64,000 nucleotides of DNA from Eledone cirrhosa (lineage: Eukaryota): assembly GCA_964016885.1 (NCBI GenBank), contig OZ024742.1:68200001-68264000 (forward strand), read 5' to 3'. Made by a program: the position numbers and the translations under genes. Below are positions 1 through 12,810 of this stretch, piece by piece. Each line of letters begins with the position of its first letter. The first letter of the stretch is position 1. The notes below the pieces were generated by a model, which was not told where the DNA came from, ran no database searches, and worked only from the letters and a program-made list of their open reading frames with translations.

Positions 1-289
1 ACATACATGTGTGTTTGTGTGAGTGCATGTGGATGCTTATTTTCATGTACGTAGAAACGAGGTTTCAACGATTACATCCACTAAGATAAATTCAAGAATT
101 CAAGAAGTACAGTTAAATACATTTGTTTATTGATGACTGGCTTACAGAGTTATATTTCTGCTTCAATCCTTGTAGATTTTTTTAATCGGGTAATCTAGAT
201 TTGTGGAACTCCTGAATAAATTGTTTAAAGGGAAAGTAAAGGAACAGAAACAAAAGGGAAAAAGATAAGCATCCGGATCGAATAACAGC

Positions 290-1085
290 AACAACACCAG
301 ACTAACAATGATAAGGTAGATATGTCATGACCATCTTTGCAACATTTAACCCGCCTTTTAATAAATGTACTGAGTGGGGCAGCGTTTCCGTCCTCACCCT
401 CTTTTCCCTTTCCAAGTGAAACTTCAAAAACATGATGAATGATTGACCGAAGAGGAAAGAGTCTGATTTCAGTCCTTTCAGCTCAATCCACAACACAACC
501 TCTTTCGCTACCGCCACCAAGCAGTGGAAAGCTCCTTTCCCTTCCCAGCTAAAAGAAGGTGGTGGGGCGAGTCTCCCAATGGAGTCGACTGATAGCCGGA
601 TCCTTCCTACACATGATAACAGCTGTTCGACATAATTCCACAAGTCAGTAATGCACGCACACTGGACGAGCGCGTGCAGAACGGTCTCGTCGCTCTGCGC
701 ACATCTTGGACAGATCCATCTGACTGCACTTTCCTCCTCATCTGCAGATGGACCTCCTCATTAATGTAACGGGTGCAAAGTACGATGGTCAGGCGGTAAT
801 AGATGACCGATGCGATGTATGTGATCGCCATCTCCGCTCGACATTTCAAGGATACCTTTCCCTCGACCCATTTTTGGGGTGAGAGTGACCACCCTGATCG
901 TTACCTCATCCGAGTTCTTATCCACCTGGAGGTCTAGTCGGGACCAGTAACAACTTCACCGGTTCGTCCGTCCAGCGTCCCACGACGCTGTTGATCGGCA
1001 TGGATTTTCCTCTCCAGGTGCTGAGGCGCAAACCCAACGACGTTTCCGGGTTCAGTTTTGCTTCCGTCATCTTTTGATATTCCTC
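290..1085 (-). mobile_element. L1/Tx1-like non-LTR retrotransposon ORF2 remnant (post-RT region plus C-terminal CCHC zinc knuckle), internally deleted
   Basis: Minus-strand translation across frames gives AKLNPETSLGLRLSTWRGKSMP, QKWVEGKVSLKCRAEMAITYIASVIYYRLT, then jumps to CPRCAQSDETVLHALVQC...LWNYVEQLL (C-x2-C...H-x4-C knuckle). Frameshifted. Confidence 0.8.
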
Positions 1086-1454
1086 TTATGAAATGACATT
1101 GAGCACGCTTTTCTTCCATTTGTTGTGAACAATAATGTAGTCAACCTGAGAACGATGACAAGCTGAGTGTTGTTTTTTTTATTTCGGTGATTTCAAGAAT
1201 CTTGTGTTGATTATTGTATTCTTTAGCTAGATCGACCAGTTTCCCACTGATGCAATCGGTGTAGGTGTTATTTGTAAAGAATCATGAGTGTCGATTTGGG
1301 CATTCAATTCTCCAGTCATTAGCGGACGTTTAGGATATATCGGTGGCTTTGGTACGATTGTGGCATGAAACAAGTGTTACTTTTGGGTTGCAGTTGTATT
1401 ATGTAAAAAATCCAACAAAGAAAATACCACACAAGAAATCCCACACACACATAC

Positions 1455-1522
<68 letters not shown>

Positions 1523-2969
1523 TGTGTGTACACGCTATCGGATGACAGTTAACTCTCCTGCTTTCCTCCGCCATTTGTCGGTGGGAGGGGGGGATTCCAG
1601 GGGTTACATTAATTCCCCCACCCCCTCACCAAGCAAACTTGGTGGTGCTGCCGGTTTAGTCGCCGACTCCACTAGCTTTGAAAGCAACATCATCCATGTC
1701 ATTCCTTTATCTCAAGTGATAGTCTGTTAACAAATTGGAGTCGGAATTTTTACTATTCTGTGATCACATCACTGCCAGCCAGGAGACTACCAGCTACCAG
1801 TTGATCTATTGTATGTATAATCATCGTTTGAAGCTTTCATAGTAATGGAAACCATCCGCTCGCCAAGTTATATCAGACAAACACATATTAAACACACAAG
1901 CACATACATACATACGTATTTACCAAGTTGGTGTCTTGTTTCTATGTTAGAAACTGTGTTTCTCTCTCTCTCTCGCTCACCCTCCCCCCCCCCCCCCCAT
2001 ATCTCTCTCTCCATTGGTGAAAATGTATAATATAATAAACTAGTACATACATATATACAAATGTGTGAGAAAGAGTGTATGTTTACATATGAAATAGATG
2101 GATAAAATTGTGTTCATAATTCATTATACAACACTGAAAGGAAGTGTTAAGGAAAACTCCATTTCACGTTCTATTAAACCAACCATAAAAGTGGTTTATA
2201 TTTTCTTCACCAAAAGATTCGTTTATTACTAAGAATGGTTTATATAGAGATTTATTGTATACCCTTTCTCTCCATCTAAAATGATTTCTTCACATAATTT
2301 TGTAGTTGGAGAGTGTAATCGTTTATTAATGTAAGTATTGTTCATGCTGGGAATACGTATAGTGAATATCCTTCTAATGGTCAGGTAATAGCCTTTCGTA
2401 GTATTGAAATACCAGTACAGTAAATGATCAAATGAAAGTATTTTATGTTGTACATTCGTCTACGTAATGGTCAGTTCATGATTAGTCAAAATATTACAAA
2501 GACAGGATTTAGATAGAAGTATTCATGTTATAGATGTGTCCAGTGAATTCCCATATTATGGTAGGTAAGTGTATTAAATTAGAAACCGGTCAAGTAGAGG
2601 TAATATTGATTCAAATTATCTCGGGTATCGTTAGAAGAATTTACGCATCTTCCATTAAAAAGGATACATACATAGAGAGAGAGAGTGTGTGTGTGAGTGT
2701 GAGTGTGTGTGTGTGTGTGGTGTGTGTGTGGTGTGTGTGGTGTGTGGTGTGTGTGTGTGTGTGTGAAAGAGGGAGGGGGAGATACAAAGAGAAAAAGACT
2801 CACAAGCAGGAGCACATATAAGTGTGGTATTTAAACGTTCATTTATAGGCAAGTAGTTTGACAAGCATGCACGCATACATTATTTGCGTCGTTAGATTAG
2901 TAACTATGTGACAGTTTTGTCCATCTTTGAAATTGGATGTTTTGATTATTATCATTTATATAACAATTG

Positions 2970-3177
2970 AGTGTGGTGGATTGGCAGTATCAGTAGAGCA
3001 TTGGACACGCTTACCAGCCTAAAGTTACATTCCTTTACGTACTGAGTTCAAATTTCACCGAGGTTACCTTTGCCTTTCATTCTTACGCGGTCGATAAAAT
3101 AAAGTACCACTGGGGTCGATTTAATTGATTTCCCCTTCCCAAAAATTGCTAGACTTGTGCCTAAACAGGAACCCATT
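2970..3177 (+). mobile_element. tRNA-derived SINE (family A) with 16-bp TSD
   Basis: A-box-like TGGCAGTATCAG, B-box-like GAGTTCAAAT, shared core TTTGCCTTTCAT...GGTCGATAAAATAAAGTACCA. TSD ATTTATATAACAATTG at 2954-2969 and 3178-3193. Confidence 0.85.
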
Positions 3178-3344
3178 ATTTATATAACAATTGCAGTTAG
3201 ATGAATATGTAGAAAGACTTAGATTTTAATTTTCATTGGGTTTATATATTTGTTTTATTGTCGTATTCTTCTTACACTTCTCCAATATGCCGAAGGTATG
3301 ATGATGTCGACCCTCGAAGAGATGATCTTTAGCAAAGGTTGGCT

Positions 3345-3475
3345 TCTGATTTAGACACAAGTCTAGCAATTTGGGGGGAGGGGAAAGTCGATTAAATCGA
3401 CCCCACTGGTACTTTATTTTATCGACCCCGTAAGGATGAAAGGCAAAGGTAACCTCGAGGAATTTGAACTCAGTA
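3345..3475 (-). mobile_element. SINE family A, inverted copy
   Basis: Reverse complement of the core: TGGTACTTTATTTTATCGACCCCGTAAGGATGAAAGGCAAAG...ATTTGAACTC. Confidence 0.85.
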
Positions 3476-3489
3476 CGCAACGTGATGTA

Positions 3490-3636
3490 ACTGCGTTCGG
3501 ATCTAGCTGTCGAAACGACCGGAGAACAGCCGTCGAGGTCCTGACGCTTTTCCTATTACCCACTCTACTACCCTAAGTATTGAGTACTATGGTGCGTTAT
3601 GGTCCATCTGGTATCTTACCACACCCTCTTTGTTAT
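3490..3636 (+). mobile_element. Solo 3' terminal fragment of the PLE family at 17.6-21.2 kb (3' half of the hammerhead plus the 80-nt tail)
   Basis: TAGCTGTCGAAACGACC...CCTATTACCCACTCTACTACCCTAAGTATTGAGTACTATGGTGCGTTATGGTCCA matches the reverse complement of 17641-17770 and ends in (TA)n. Confidence 0.8.
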
Positions 3637-4820
3637 ATATATATATATAGGAAGGAATGTAATTGAAGCCTGCGACAATGTGAAAGTTGTGGTACGATTT
3701 AAGATAAAAGAAGACAACAAAGCTGATCTGTCTTACGTGTTCTTTATTCAACAACGACCTTAATTTTCGAGATAAAATGTCCTCATCAAATGTCAAAAAC
3801 ATTGGAAAATAGAGAAAACGTAATTGTTTGTATGTGCCATCTTTTCTTTCTGTTTATGCATTTACTAGCCGGAAGTGGTAGTAGGGGGCTTGAGAAGTGG
3901 TAACGTATTTATGTGTGTGCCACATCCGCCCGACATTTCAAGAATAGCTTTCTCTCGACCCATTTTGGGGTTTGTGTTGCTTTTTTAGATACACACGCTT
4001 CATCCTTCAAGAAACTCAGAGAAAAATACAGAAACAACAACAAAAACATAACAGTTATGATTGAGGCTAGAGATTGAAACTAAGGAAATCTTAGAATTAA
4101 GGAAGTGATTGTCAATAACAAACTCGCACCATATATCAACAGCAGATGAGAACTTAATACACAATTCCTACTTTAACCAACCCCACACGCCACCAACAAT
4201 ACATGATCAAAGCTCTAAATATACAACATATTTAATACAAAAACAGCAGACTAGCGACAAGTTACAGTCTGGTACAATGTACATATTACATAACAATACC
4301 CAGTGTACAATAATAACACATTTATATATGTTTGGCACAGTGCCTATCAGAACTTAACGCACAACACGACCTCCGGCTGGTAACACTGTATAACATACAC
4401 ATATGCCTGCATGTGTGCAGGTGCGCGCACGCATCTTTCCTTGACTCGTATAGAGGTGTGTTTGTGTCTGCATGTATGTATGAAAGAGCTATAATACACA
4501 TTTAATGCCCATTGCATAACAACGCAACACCCATTATAAAATTATACCTACATTCTTTGTGCCAGACATATATTAAATAATAATAAATAACTAAATAAAT
4601 ATATTAAATAAGTAGATTAAAAGATATAATATTAAATTCAAAACAGGAAAACGCATACATACGCACTCGTTCTATATAGGCCAGACTACGCACTTTTAGC
4701 ACCATTTTTCCTTGGACATTCTCTGAAGAAATACGTTTAATATTATTTATTTGTATGGAATAAGGGATTGGGTAATAATGTAGATTTCACATACCGATAC
4801 GTAACGCAGTATTTAATAAC

Positions 4821-5011
4821 TGGTAAAAACCAGTTAGACCATTACTCACCAGAGTACTCGATACTTGGGATAGCAGAGTGGGTAATATGAAAACTTCGGG
4901 ACACCGACGGCTGAGCTCCGGTCGTTTCAACAGCTAGATTCGAACGCTGAGTTCGGCTCTAGCTGTTGAAACGGCCGGAGCTCAGCGATTGGGGTCCCGA
5001 ATTTTTCATAT
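4821..5011. mobile_element. Miniature fold-back copy of the same PLE terminus
   Basis: Tail 4821-4884, then inverted arms 4885-4945 and 4951-5011 carrying the GAAAC/stem III half of the HHR. The right arm runs into (TA)n. Confidence 0.75.
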
Positions 5012-5643
5012 ATATATGTATGTCTGTATGTACGTATCTATGTATATATATATAAATGCATGGTCACCATTGTCCAATAGGAATTGTATAATACAAACGT
5101 CTAACAATCGACAATTGGTCAAAATGATTCCTTTATACTGTTCAACATGTCGAGCTATAATAATTTGATGGTGAGATCTTGAATTCGGTTAAATTGTTTG
5201 CGAACTAAATTCAAACAAACATTTCGTCGCCAACGGACATGAAGACGAGAGAAAACAATCAACATTGACTAAGTGCAGATGGTTTTAAAACCAATAATAA
5301 TACTGCAAGTGAAATATTGTCTATAAATAGACGAATTAAAAACTTTATAATTTTAATTTTATAAATGGAATGGCGTAATAATTTATTAAAAAGGTTATTA
5401 GATGCATAACGTGAATTTTAGTTGTACTTGTTATTTTGGAAGAATGTACTTGTGTAAATTTTCTATGGCTGCTGTTCAGGATTTCTTTCTAAACGCCAAT
5501 GTAATAATGGAGTTTTAAAAGGATGTATTACACCTCCATGTTAGAATCCCAAACTGTACCATCTTAGCATTAATTAGCAACAATATTTGGTCCTTTGTAA
5601 CAGTCTATGAGTACATATTAATGCAACATATCTTTCTCTCCCT

Positions 5644-5684
<41 letters not shown>

Positions 5685-8018
5685 CCGTAGAGACAGAGAT
5701 AGAATAGCTGTGCCTTTCAGTGAATTACACAAATAGAAAAAATAAAATATGCTACAAACCAAAGTGCACCAACTGGAAAGGAAGAGAAAGTAGCGGTGTT
5801 TGGTAGTTTTATCCAAAGGAGAGAAAAAAAAACAGAAATGAGAGAAACAGAAAAATCGAAACTGTTTATTATATGGACCTCAGTCCATCGTACAGAAAAA
5901 GAAGAATAAAACTGAGACGTAATGGGTAGGAAGGGCGAATAGGTGAAGACAGACCGAGGGGTGTAACGTCGAATATTTGGTAGGTACAAAAAAGGCCACG
6001 TGGCTAAGACTTTTGAATATGAAGCAAAATCAGAGGGCGCACAGGAGAGAGGCAGCGGAAAAACAACAGAAAAACAGATAGTCCCTTCACCCCAGCCAAC
6101 CTCCGGAAATCACTATAGTTTCAGTGTATCAAGGTTGTTTCTATCCATTCCAGTACACCTATGGGCACAAAAAAAAACAGATAGAGACAGAAACAGGTCG
6201 AGTTATGCCTTTTAGCGAATTACACAAATAAAGACGAACAAAGAAAAAAGAAAAAAATACTACAAACCAAAGTGCGTCAGCTGAAAAGGAAGGGAGATGT
6301 ATTCTTTTTGTTTCTATTTTTCTTCTTTCCATATTTATTCTCCTTTTGCTAAGCTACCAGGCACCGGTATATATATATAATGGTGTAAACACTGCCCCGA
6401 ATAATAACAAGTGACACCTGCAACCTCAGTCAGGATGCATTCCTCTCGATTTTGCGGGGGAGAACGGGATTCCTGGGACTGAGGACGCCGGAGATCTCGC
6501 CGGAGACTGACATAAAAAGGTTGATGTTCAGCCAGAAAACCGGACACTGTCACTCGTAACGTTGTGGGGCGAATATTAAAATATCGGGATTCGACCAGTC
6601 ACTTTCTTTTCGAGCCGGTTGCTGGCAACAGCTCTGGTGTTCTCGGACCCCAATCTTTGCAAAGTACTTCAAACTACCCTTCATTGCCATATTTACAAAT
6701 CGTGAGTATTTTCTGTCACCTATGTTTAAAGAGACCAAATTATATATGTTAAAACTGAATATCAACTTTATAAAAGCTCACCATAGTAGTAGGGCCTGTA
6801 GATCTTTCGGTCACGTTATATATAAACAAAAATTAAGAATGAAATTAACCATATATATCAGGCATACAATGATATATTCGCATCCAATTTGTCATTATTT
6901 TGTCATAACAATGTATATTAATAGGTAGAACTTTAATGATATTTTACTTCACTGTAATGGTTACGTGATAAATAGAGGTTTGAAGGGATTTGCACTATAT
7001 ACGTATGTGTGTAAATGTATATATATAAATATATTTACTTATGAGTGTGTGTGTTTGCGGTATCCAACACTAGTCAGTGCGCTTAAAAACCAATACGATT
7101 GCAAAAAAGTGATAACAATGAGGTTTGAAAAGAAGTTTTCAATGCTGATGTGCAAAAGAATAAGTTATTTTCATTTTAAAGATGGCTGCCATAAAATAGA
7201 ACGAAGCCAAATATCAGCAAATACACGTTGGCAGTTATCTTTACTTTTATGATTACTGCAGTGTTCATCAACATTTCTCTTTTGTCAGGAGTAAACTACG
7301 GAATATTTGTACTCAGGTTCAAGTATAACAAAAGAAGCAAAAATAAAAATACATTAAATAATTTTCTATTTAGTAACATGGTTAATAGATATACGTGTAC
7401 AACGGTACAACCCATATACCTGTAGGTAATGATCTTATTGTGTGATCCATTCATCAATATTCCAGCTACACGAATATCGTATGAATTCAATTAATAAATG
7501 CTGGGAAAATCTCTACCAATCTATGGTTAATGCTGATAATAAACGTTTTGGTTTTAGCCAATAATCCAATATAATAATACGAATCCTACATCGAAATACA
7601 TATATATTAATTTTTCTGGTGAGCATAACTTTTTTATAAAATTCCTTTCTATATATCTAGCTAGCTATCTACAATTTTATTCATCCCCCTTTCTCACTCG
7701 TACGACTTTACTAAACGTCTCTCTATGCCTGTTTCTCATAGACGCTCTACATTTATACTGTGAGGAGAAAAAGATGGAATTAAATACAGAAAGAGATTAA
7801 AAGCAAGAGAGATAGAGAAGAATGAGGAAAATCAGAGTGTGTGACGTCACAAATGATATGCAGTTGTTATGCGTAATATAATAAGAGGGAGAGAGAAAAC
7901 GAAATAGAAAGAGGAGAAACACAAAACAAGAGAGGGAGAGAAAGCGGTACAGGAGAATGGAAGTCGTGTAAATAAATTAGAAAAAAGATAGGTATTTAAA
8001 ATAGCATTATTTCTGTGG

Positions 8019-8177
8019 ATTGGCAGTATCGGTAGATATGCATAGAGTTACGGCCCTTTCCATTCTGAGTTCAAATCCCGCCGAGGTTAACTTTGCTTTT
8101 CATCCTTACGAGGTCGGTAAAATACAGTACTAGTAATGTACTGCGTAATTGCTGGCCTTGTGCCAAAAGTAGTAACA
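8019..8177 (+). mobile_element. SINE family A with 13-bp TSD
   Basis: Same A box, B box and core. TSD ATTATTTCTGTGG at 8006-8018 and 8178-8190. Confidence 0.85.
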
Positions 8178-9617
8178 ATTATTTCTGTGGTTCAAAATAC
8201 AGTGTTTACATTAAAAATATATTAAGTATATATTAAGTAATATACCGACGCATATTAATAAGTAATTACTCTCTAATTTACTTCTAGCGACGTATATTTA
8301 GAAGGTCCATTCCCCTCTCTTACGTGTCACTTCATCCATTGTTGGGCATATGCATAAATGTTCATATATACACATAAACAGCCCTTAACTTTGACGGTGG
8401 TGGCTCACATGCAACATGCAAATTTACGCCATATAAGTTGAATGTTAATAATAATTCGCAATAACAATTGTCTTACGAGCATTTCAATAAGTGTTCTACG
8501 TCTACTTTTATGTGTTGAAGCTATATATAAAAATCAAATGTTTCCTACCATGTTCAGTTGTCATCTGTCATCTAGTACTATGTTAATTCTTCCTCGTTTC
8601 GCATAATCGGTGAATAAAAAATAATATATTATATTAATTAATATTACTATGATTAATATATATTAATATGAGTATAATAATATATATTGATTATAGTCAC
8701 ATTAATTATTAGGGAATAAAAAGCCGAACAATTCATATGATATACGTGTTAAACATGATTTTGTTCAACAATTTCTATTGTAACAGACTCTTTAATAGAA
8801 TGATAACTTCCGATGGCAAATCTCAACCATTTTAGCCCGAATTTAATACATTATCATGGAGCTCATAGCATGACACATGACCCGGTGGCAGGAGGCGAAC
8901 TGTGGTCAGAAGTATAAACATAGACAAGCAGGCAGCAGTAATAGTAGTATTAATGAACGAAAGAGAAAGGACAGGAAGAGATGGGTAGAGAATGAAAGAG
9001 ACTGAGTGTGAATGAGAATCAAGAGGTGGGAAGAAAGAGATAGAAATTCACAATGAAGAACTCAGAAGAAGGAAATTACAAAGCCATATTTTGTCACGAA
9101 TTCAATCAAAATAACTTTCCCTTTGTTTTCTAGCCGTTATAAAGTTTTACTACTCACGTGTCTTTGTGGCTGTGTGCAACTTCCGTTGTTTAAATATTGT
9201 GTGAAACTTCCGTTATTTAAATCTTTTGTGTAACTTCCGCCATTTAACCCTTTGGCATCTCAGCAAGTACAAACATATTCTTCATTCTTTCCTCATATCT
9301 CCCCTCTCCAAAGAATCTCTACCACGCTGCTTTAAATCTCTTTATCGACATATTCACTATTTCCTAACTACAAAATGCTATATTGCCAATAATTAAGTGC
9401 TGCTCACAGACACTTCAAGGGAGAACACATGCATGCTATACACACAACAAATAAACAGATATTATAACATAAATATATTTATTACGTACACATATACACA
9501 TTCTAGTTAATATCGAACAAGATATATACTCTAAATTTAAACGCAATATTCATCAATAGTCCACAATATTTCATTAACTTGAGCCATCAGGCAGTTTATA
9601 CTATTAATACTACAGCG

Positions 9618-9773
9618 CAGACACGTCAACTCTCCCCCTCCTACGGGGATATCGGAAAATGGGTATAGCCTTCATTATCTAAAAACTCCCCATTTAGCCT
9701 CATTTCCCAACCGTTCTGGAGCACTTTTTTTCATGGTACTCTCTGTTAGGGTTTTTAGGGGTTGGCAGGTCTG
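9618..9773. mobile_element. MITE (hAT-like TIRs), degenerate copy
   Basis: Termini CAGACACGTCAAC and GTTGGCAGGTCTG; internal sequence homologous to 15077-15274. Confidence 0.65.
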
Positions 9774-10113
9774 ACTACGATCGCCGTTTATCAGCAAGTG
9801 TTAACTCATTTCGTTCACTTATACAACTCACGATATTAGTGATTTATCTTCATGTTAATTCCATTTTCACAGCCACAAAAGTAACACTACAAGCAACTTG
9901 TCCTCGTTGTCCATACTTCCCGCTGCACCTATCCTCCTGGATCCTTTGCTTAACAATAAACGAGTTATACATCAGTTTTTCTTCAGCCACATACATTTCA
10001 CAGCTCTTACCCTTATTTTCATTTCGTTTGATCATCTAATCCTCTCTCTCTCTCCCTCTCTCTTTCTCTCCCTCTCCCTCTCTATCACTCTCCCATCCCT
10101 TTCTCTTTATACT

Positions 10114-10146
<33 letters not shown>

Positions 10147-10150
10147 TCAT

Positions 10151-10186
10151 TCTTCAGATGAAAGACTAGCGTCCGAAACGTTAAGA
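10151..10186 (+). ncRNA. Minimal type I hammerhead motif (mutated core) in a PLE-type terminal repeat, family H2
   Basis: TCTT-CAGATGA-AAGACTAGCGTCC-GAAAC-GTT-AAGA. Homologous to 35059-35094 and 45471-45506; core U4 is changed to A. Confidence 0.6.
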
Positions 10187-10284
10187 CTCTCTTCTTGTTA
10201 TATCAAACGTTAAACTAATATATTCCTTTCATGTACTATACCTTTTGTTTTCTTATTTTTGTTATTTCTGTTTACCTTTTACAC

Positions 10285-10409
<125 letters not shown>

Positions 10410-11051
10410 GTATATATATATAGCTTTCTCTAGTATCCTAATCAGATATGCCTAATTTAATTTATAAATTTGACATTCATTTCTTCGTAGAACTATATGT
10501 TCATCGTCAAAAACGACGGAGGATTCATGAGTTCTAGCAAGACGCGGAATTACGTAGTGGCTCGCACATTGACACAATTGCCTAGATATGTTAGTGTTAT
10601 AAATTAAATCAATTTCTGAAAATAATTTTGCAATCAAGACAAGTCTAAGCTAAATTTTTAATCACTTGTTAACCTTGATATTCTAAAATCGCTTTTAGTT
10701 TCAAGAAATCAATAAAAATCAATCATTTTTATGGAAATACCAATATATTTTGAGATTTTTGTGGATCTCAATATTATTATTTTATAATGCAAATGGAGTC
10801 ACTTAAATTGAATATAAATATAATGAAAACGAATTTTTTTCTCATTAAATATTTAAATCAGTTAAGTAAGTTAAAATATTTTTTTTAAATTATATTCTAC
10901 AAAATGAAATAACGAAAAGTAACATGTAGAGGCAGTGCAGCTACATTATACAAACTTATATACAGACACACATACGTACACACACGCACACACACGTGCA
11001 CGAACACGAACACACCCTATTCACACACACACACACAATCTGTTTATCCCT

Positions 11052-11474
11052 ATTCAAGTATATGCCAGAAAACTTGAAGATTGTATCGCTTTGAATAGTG
11101 AAACAACTCGAAAGATTTTTTTCCTCCTGTATTTAAGATGCAGTTGAGTAAGTCCAATATCTTGAGTTTTCCAGTTGCGTCTAGTTGATAATGCGTGCTA
11201 CGACTATTCTAATTTTCATGAATGCTCGATCAAACAGATAGTCATGCTGGCCTCTAATGAAAATCACATCTTAATTTCAACTGTTTTTTTTGTTCCCGAA
11301 TGACACAGGATGAAATAATCTCTATATAAAAGGAAGTTTTATTGCAAATGCAAATCTATACAACAAACGTTGAACCTACTCAACCTCATCTTAAATACAG
11401 GAGGTAAAAATCTTTCGAGTTGTTTCACTATTCAAAGAGATTTAATATTCAAGCTTTCGGGCATATACTTGAAT
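11052..11474. mobile_element. Fold-back element or MITE with ~105-bp terminal inverted repeats
   Basis: 11052-11158 is the reverse complement of 11370-11474 (e.g. TTGAATAGTGAAACAACTCGAAAGATTTTT / AAAAATCTTTCGAGTTGTTTCACTATTCAA). Confidence 0.8.
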
Positions 11475-11809
11475 CGCAAATTGGCTGAATCAACAACTGA
11501 TACGTGAAGTAGAAAGTGATTCGTCATTTTAAGCTAACTTTTAAACTAAACTCTGAATTTTATTATCAAATATGGACGGCAGATTCGCAGAATTGATAGA
11601 TTTTCTGACAAATTGCTTTGTGGCGTTTTAGTTACGTTTTGTGTTCAAAACCTATCGAAGACAATTTTGCCTTTCATCCTTCCGTGGGTCGATAGATTAA
11701 AGTAGCAGTTAAGTACTGGTCTCGATATAATCGACTTCTTCCACGTTACATTAACTATAGCGTCGGGTGGATCCATACCTTCAGGGTGAAATTTTGTAGG
11801 CGGGAGTTA

Positions 11810-11995
11810 TTTGCAAACCCGTCATATGGACTGTACCTGTAATTCTAAGGGCCACGCTTGCCACAGACTGTGTCACGCTGAATCTCACTGAGAATTATGT
11901 TAATGGTAGACATGTCTGTGGAATGCTCGGTCACTTACACCTTAATTGATCGAACAACTGGAACATTTATCGTTGAATCTGACGGAGGTCAATCA
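11810..11995 (-). repeat. Dispersed repeat family B (SINE-like)
   Basis: Similar by eye to 42430-42625 (+), 28950-29130 (+), 22795-22910 (-) and 24615-24745 (-); shared blocks such as CTGTGTCACGCTGAATCTC and TGATCGAACAACTG. Confidence 0.55.
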
Positions 11996-12620
11996 ATAGA
12001 CCCCTGACTTCAAAAATCTCAGACATACGGTGTATCTACCACAAACACAATTTTACACAGCCCCATCTTAATCGCACCTTATCATCTCCATAACATCAAA
12101 TGTAATGCTCTTCCAAATAGTTTCCCCCTACCCAATTTCACTCACATGACATGGGTTGATCCGACGCTTTGGGAAACGACATTTGCTCATGATTTCACGC
12201 AGTGAAATCTAACCTTGGGTTTAATTATGGCGAAGCAAACGTCTTAACAAATTGGCCATGCTGCATCTACATCAAATATAATTGTTTCTATAGTAACAAA
12301 TATAACTTTCTAATCGCCGTGACAGCAAGACTAAAATTATCGTTTCTGTGACAACAAACCTAACACCTTTCTTTTCTCTATAAGAAAACTTATATTATCG
12401 TTTCGTGCGAACAAATATAACCTTATTGTCACCATAACAAGAAAGCTTTGATAGTATTAGTCAACTGACGCTGTAGTTGATTATATAGAGCTGTGAGAGA
12501 AATTCAGCTAAAGATAGTAAAGATACCTGCAATGATAATTTGGGTCTTTAATTAACCAGTTGTGACGTCATCAGTATCACCAGACAACATGGAAACATCG
12601 AGAATAAACGAAGAATGAAT

Positions 12621-12623
<3 letters not shown>

Positions 12624-12657
<34 letters not shown>

Positions 12658-12810
12658 CTGTTGTTGTTGTTGTTGCTGCAACTGCTATTGTTTTTGTTTT
12701 CGTTGTTGTTGCTGCTGCTGCTGCTCTTGTTGTTGTTGTTGCTGTTGTTGCTGCTGTTGTTGCTGATGTTGTTGTTGTTGCTGCTGCTGCTTTTTTTGTT
12801 GTTGTTGCTC
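12624..12810. repeat. Compound trinucleotide microsatellite (GTA/GTT/GCT)
   Basis: Directly visible; explains the polyQ and polyT ORFs. Confidence 0.95.

Noticed and set aside
2534-2564. Possible micro-exon (TAG|ATGTGTCC...TATG|GTAGGTAAGT)
   Set aside because: Weak polypyrimidine tract and no supporting exons; such matches are expected by chance in 64 kb.
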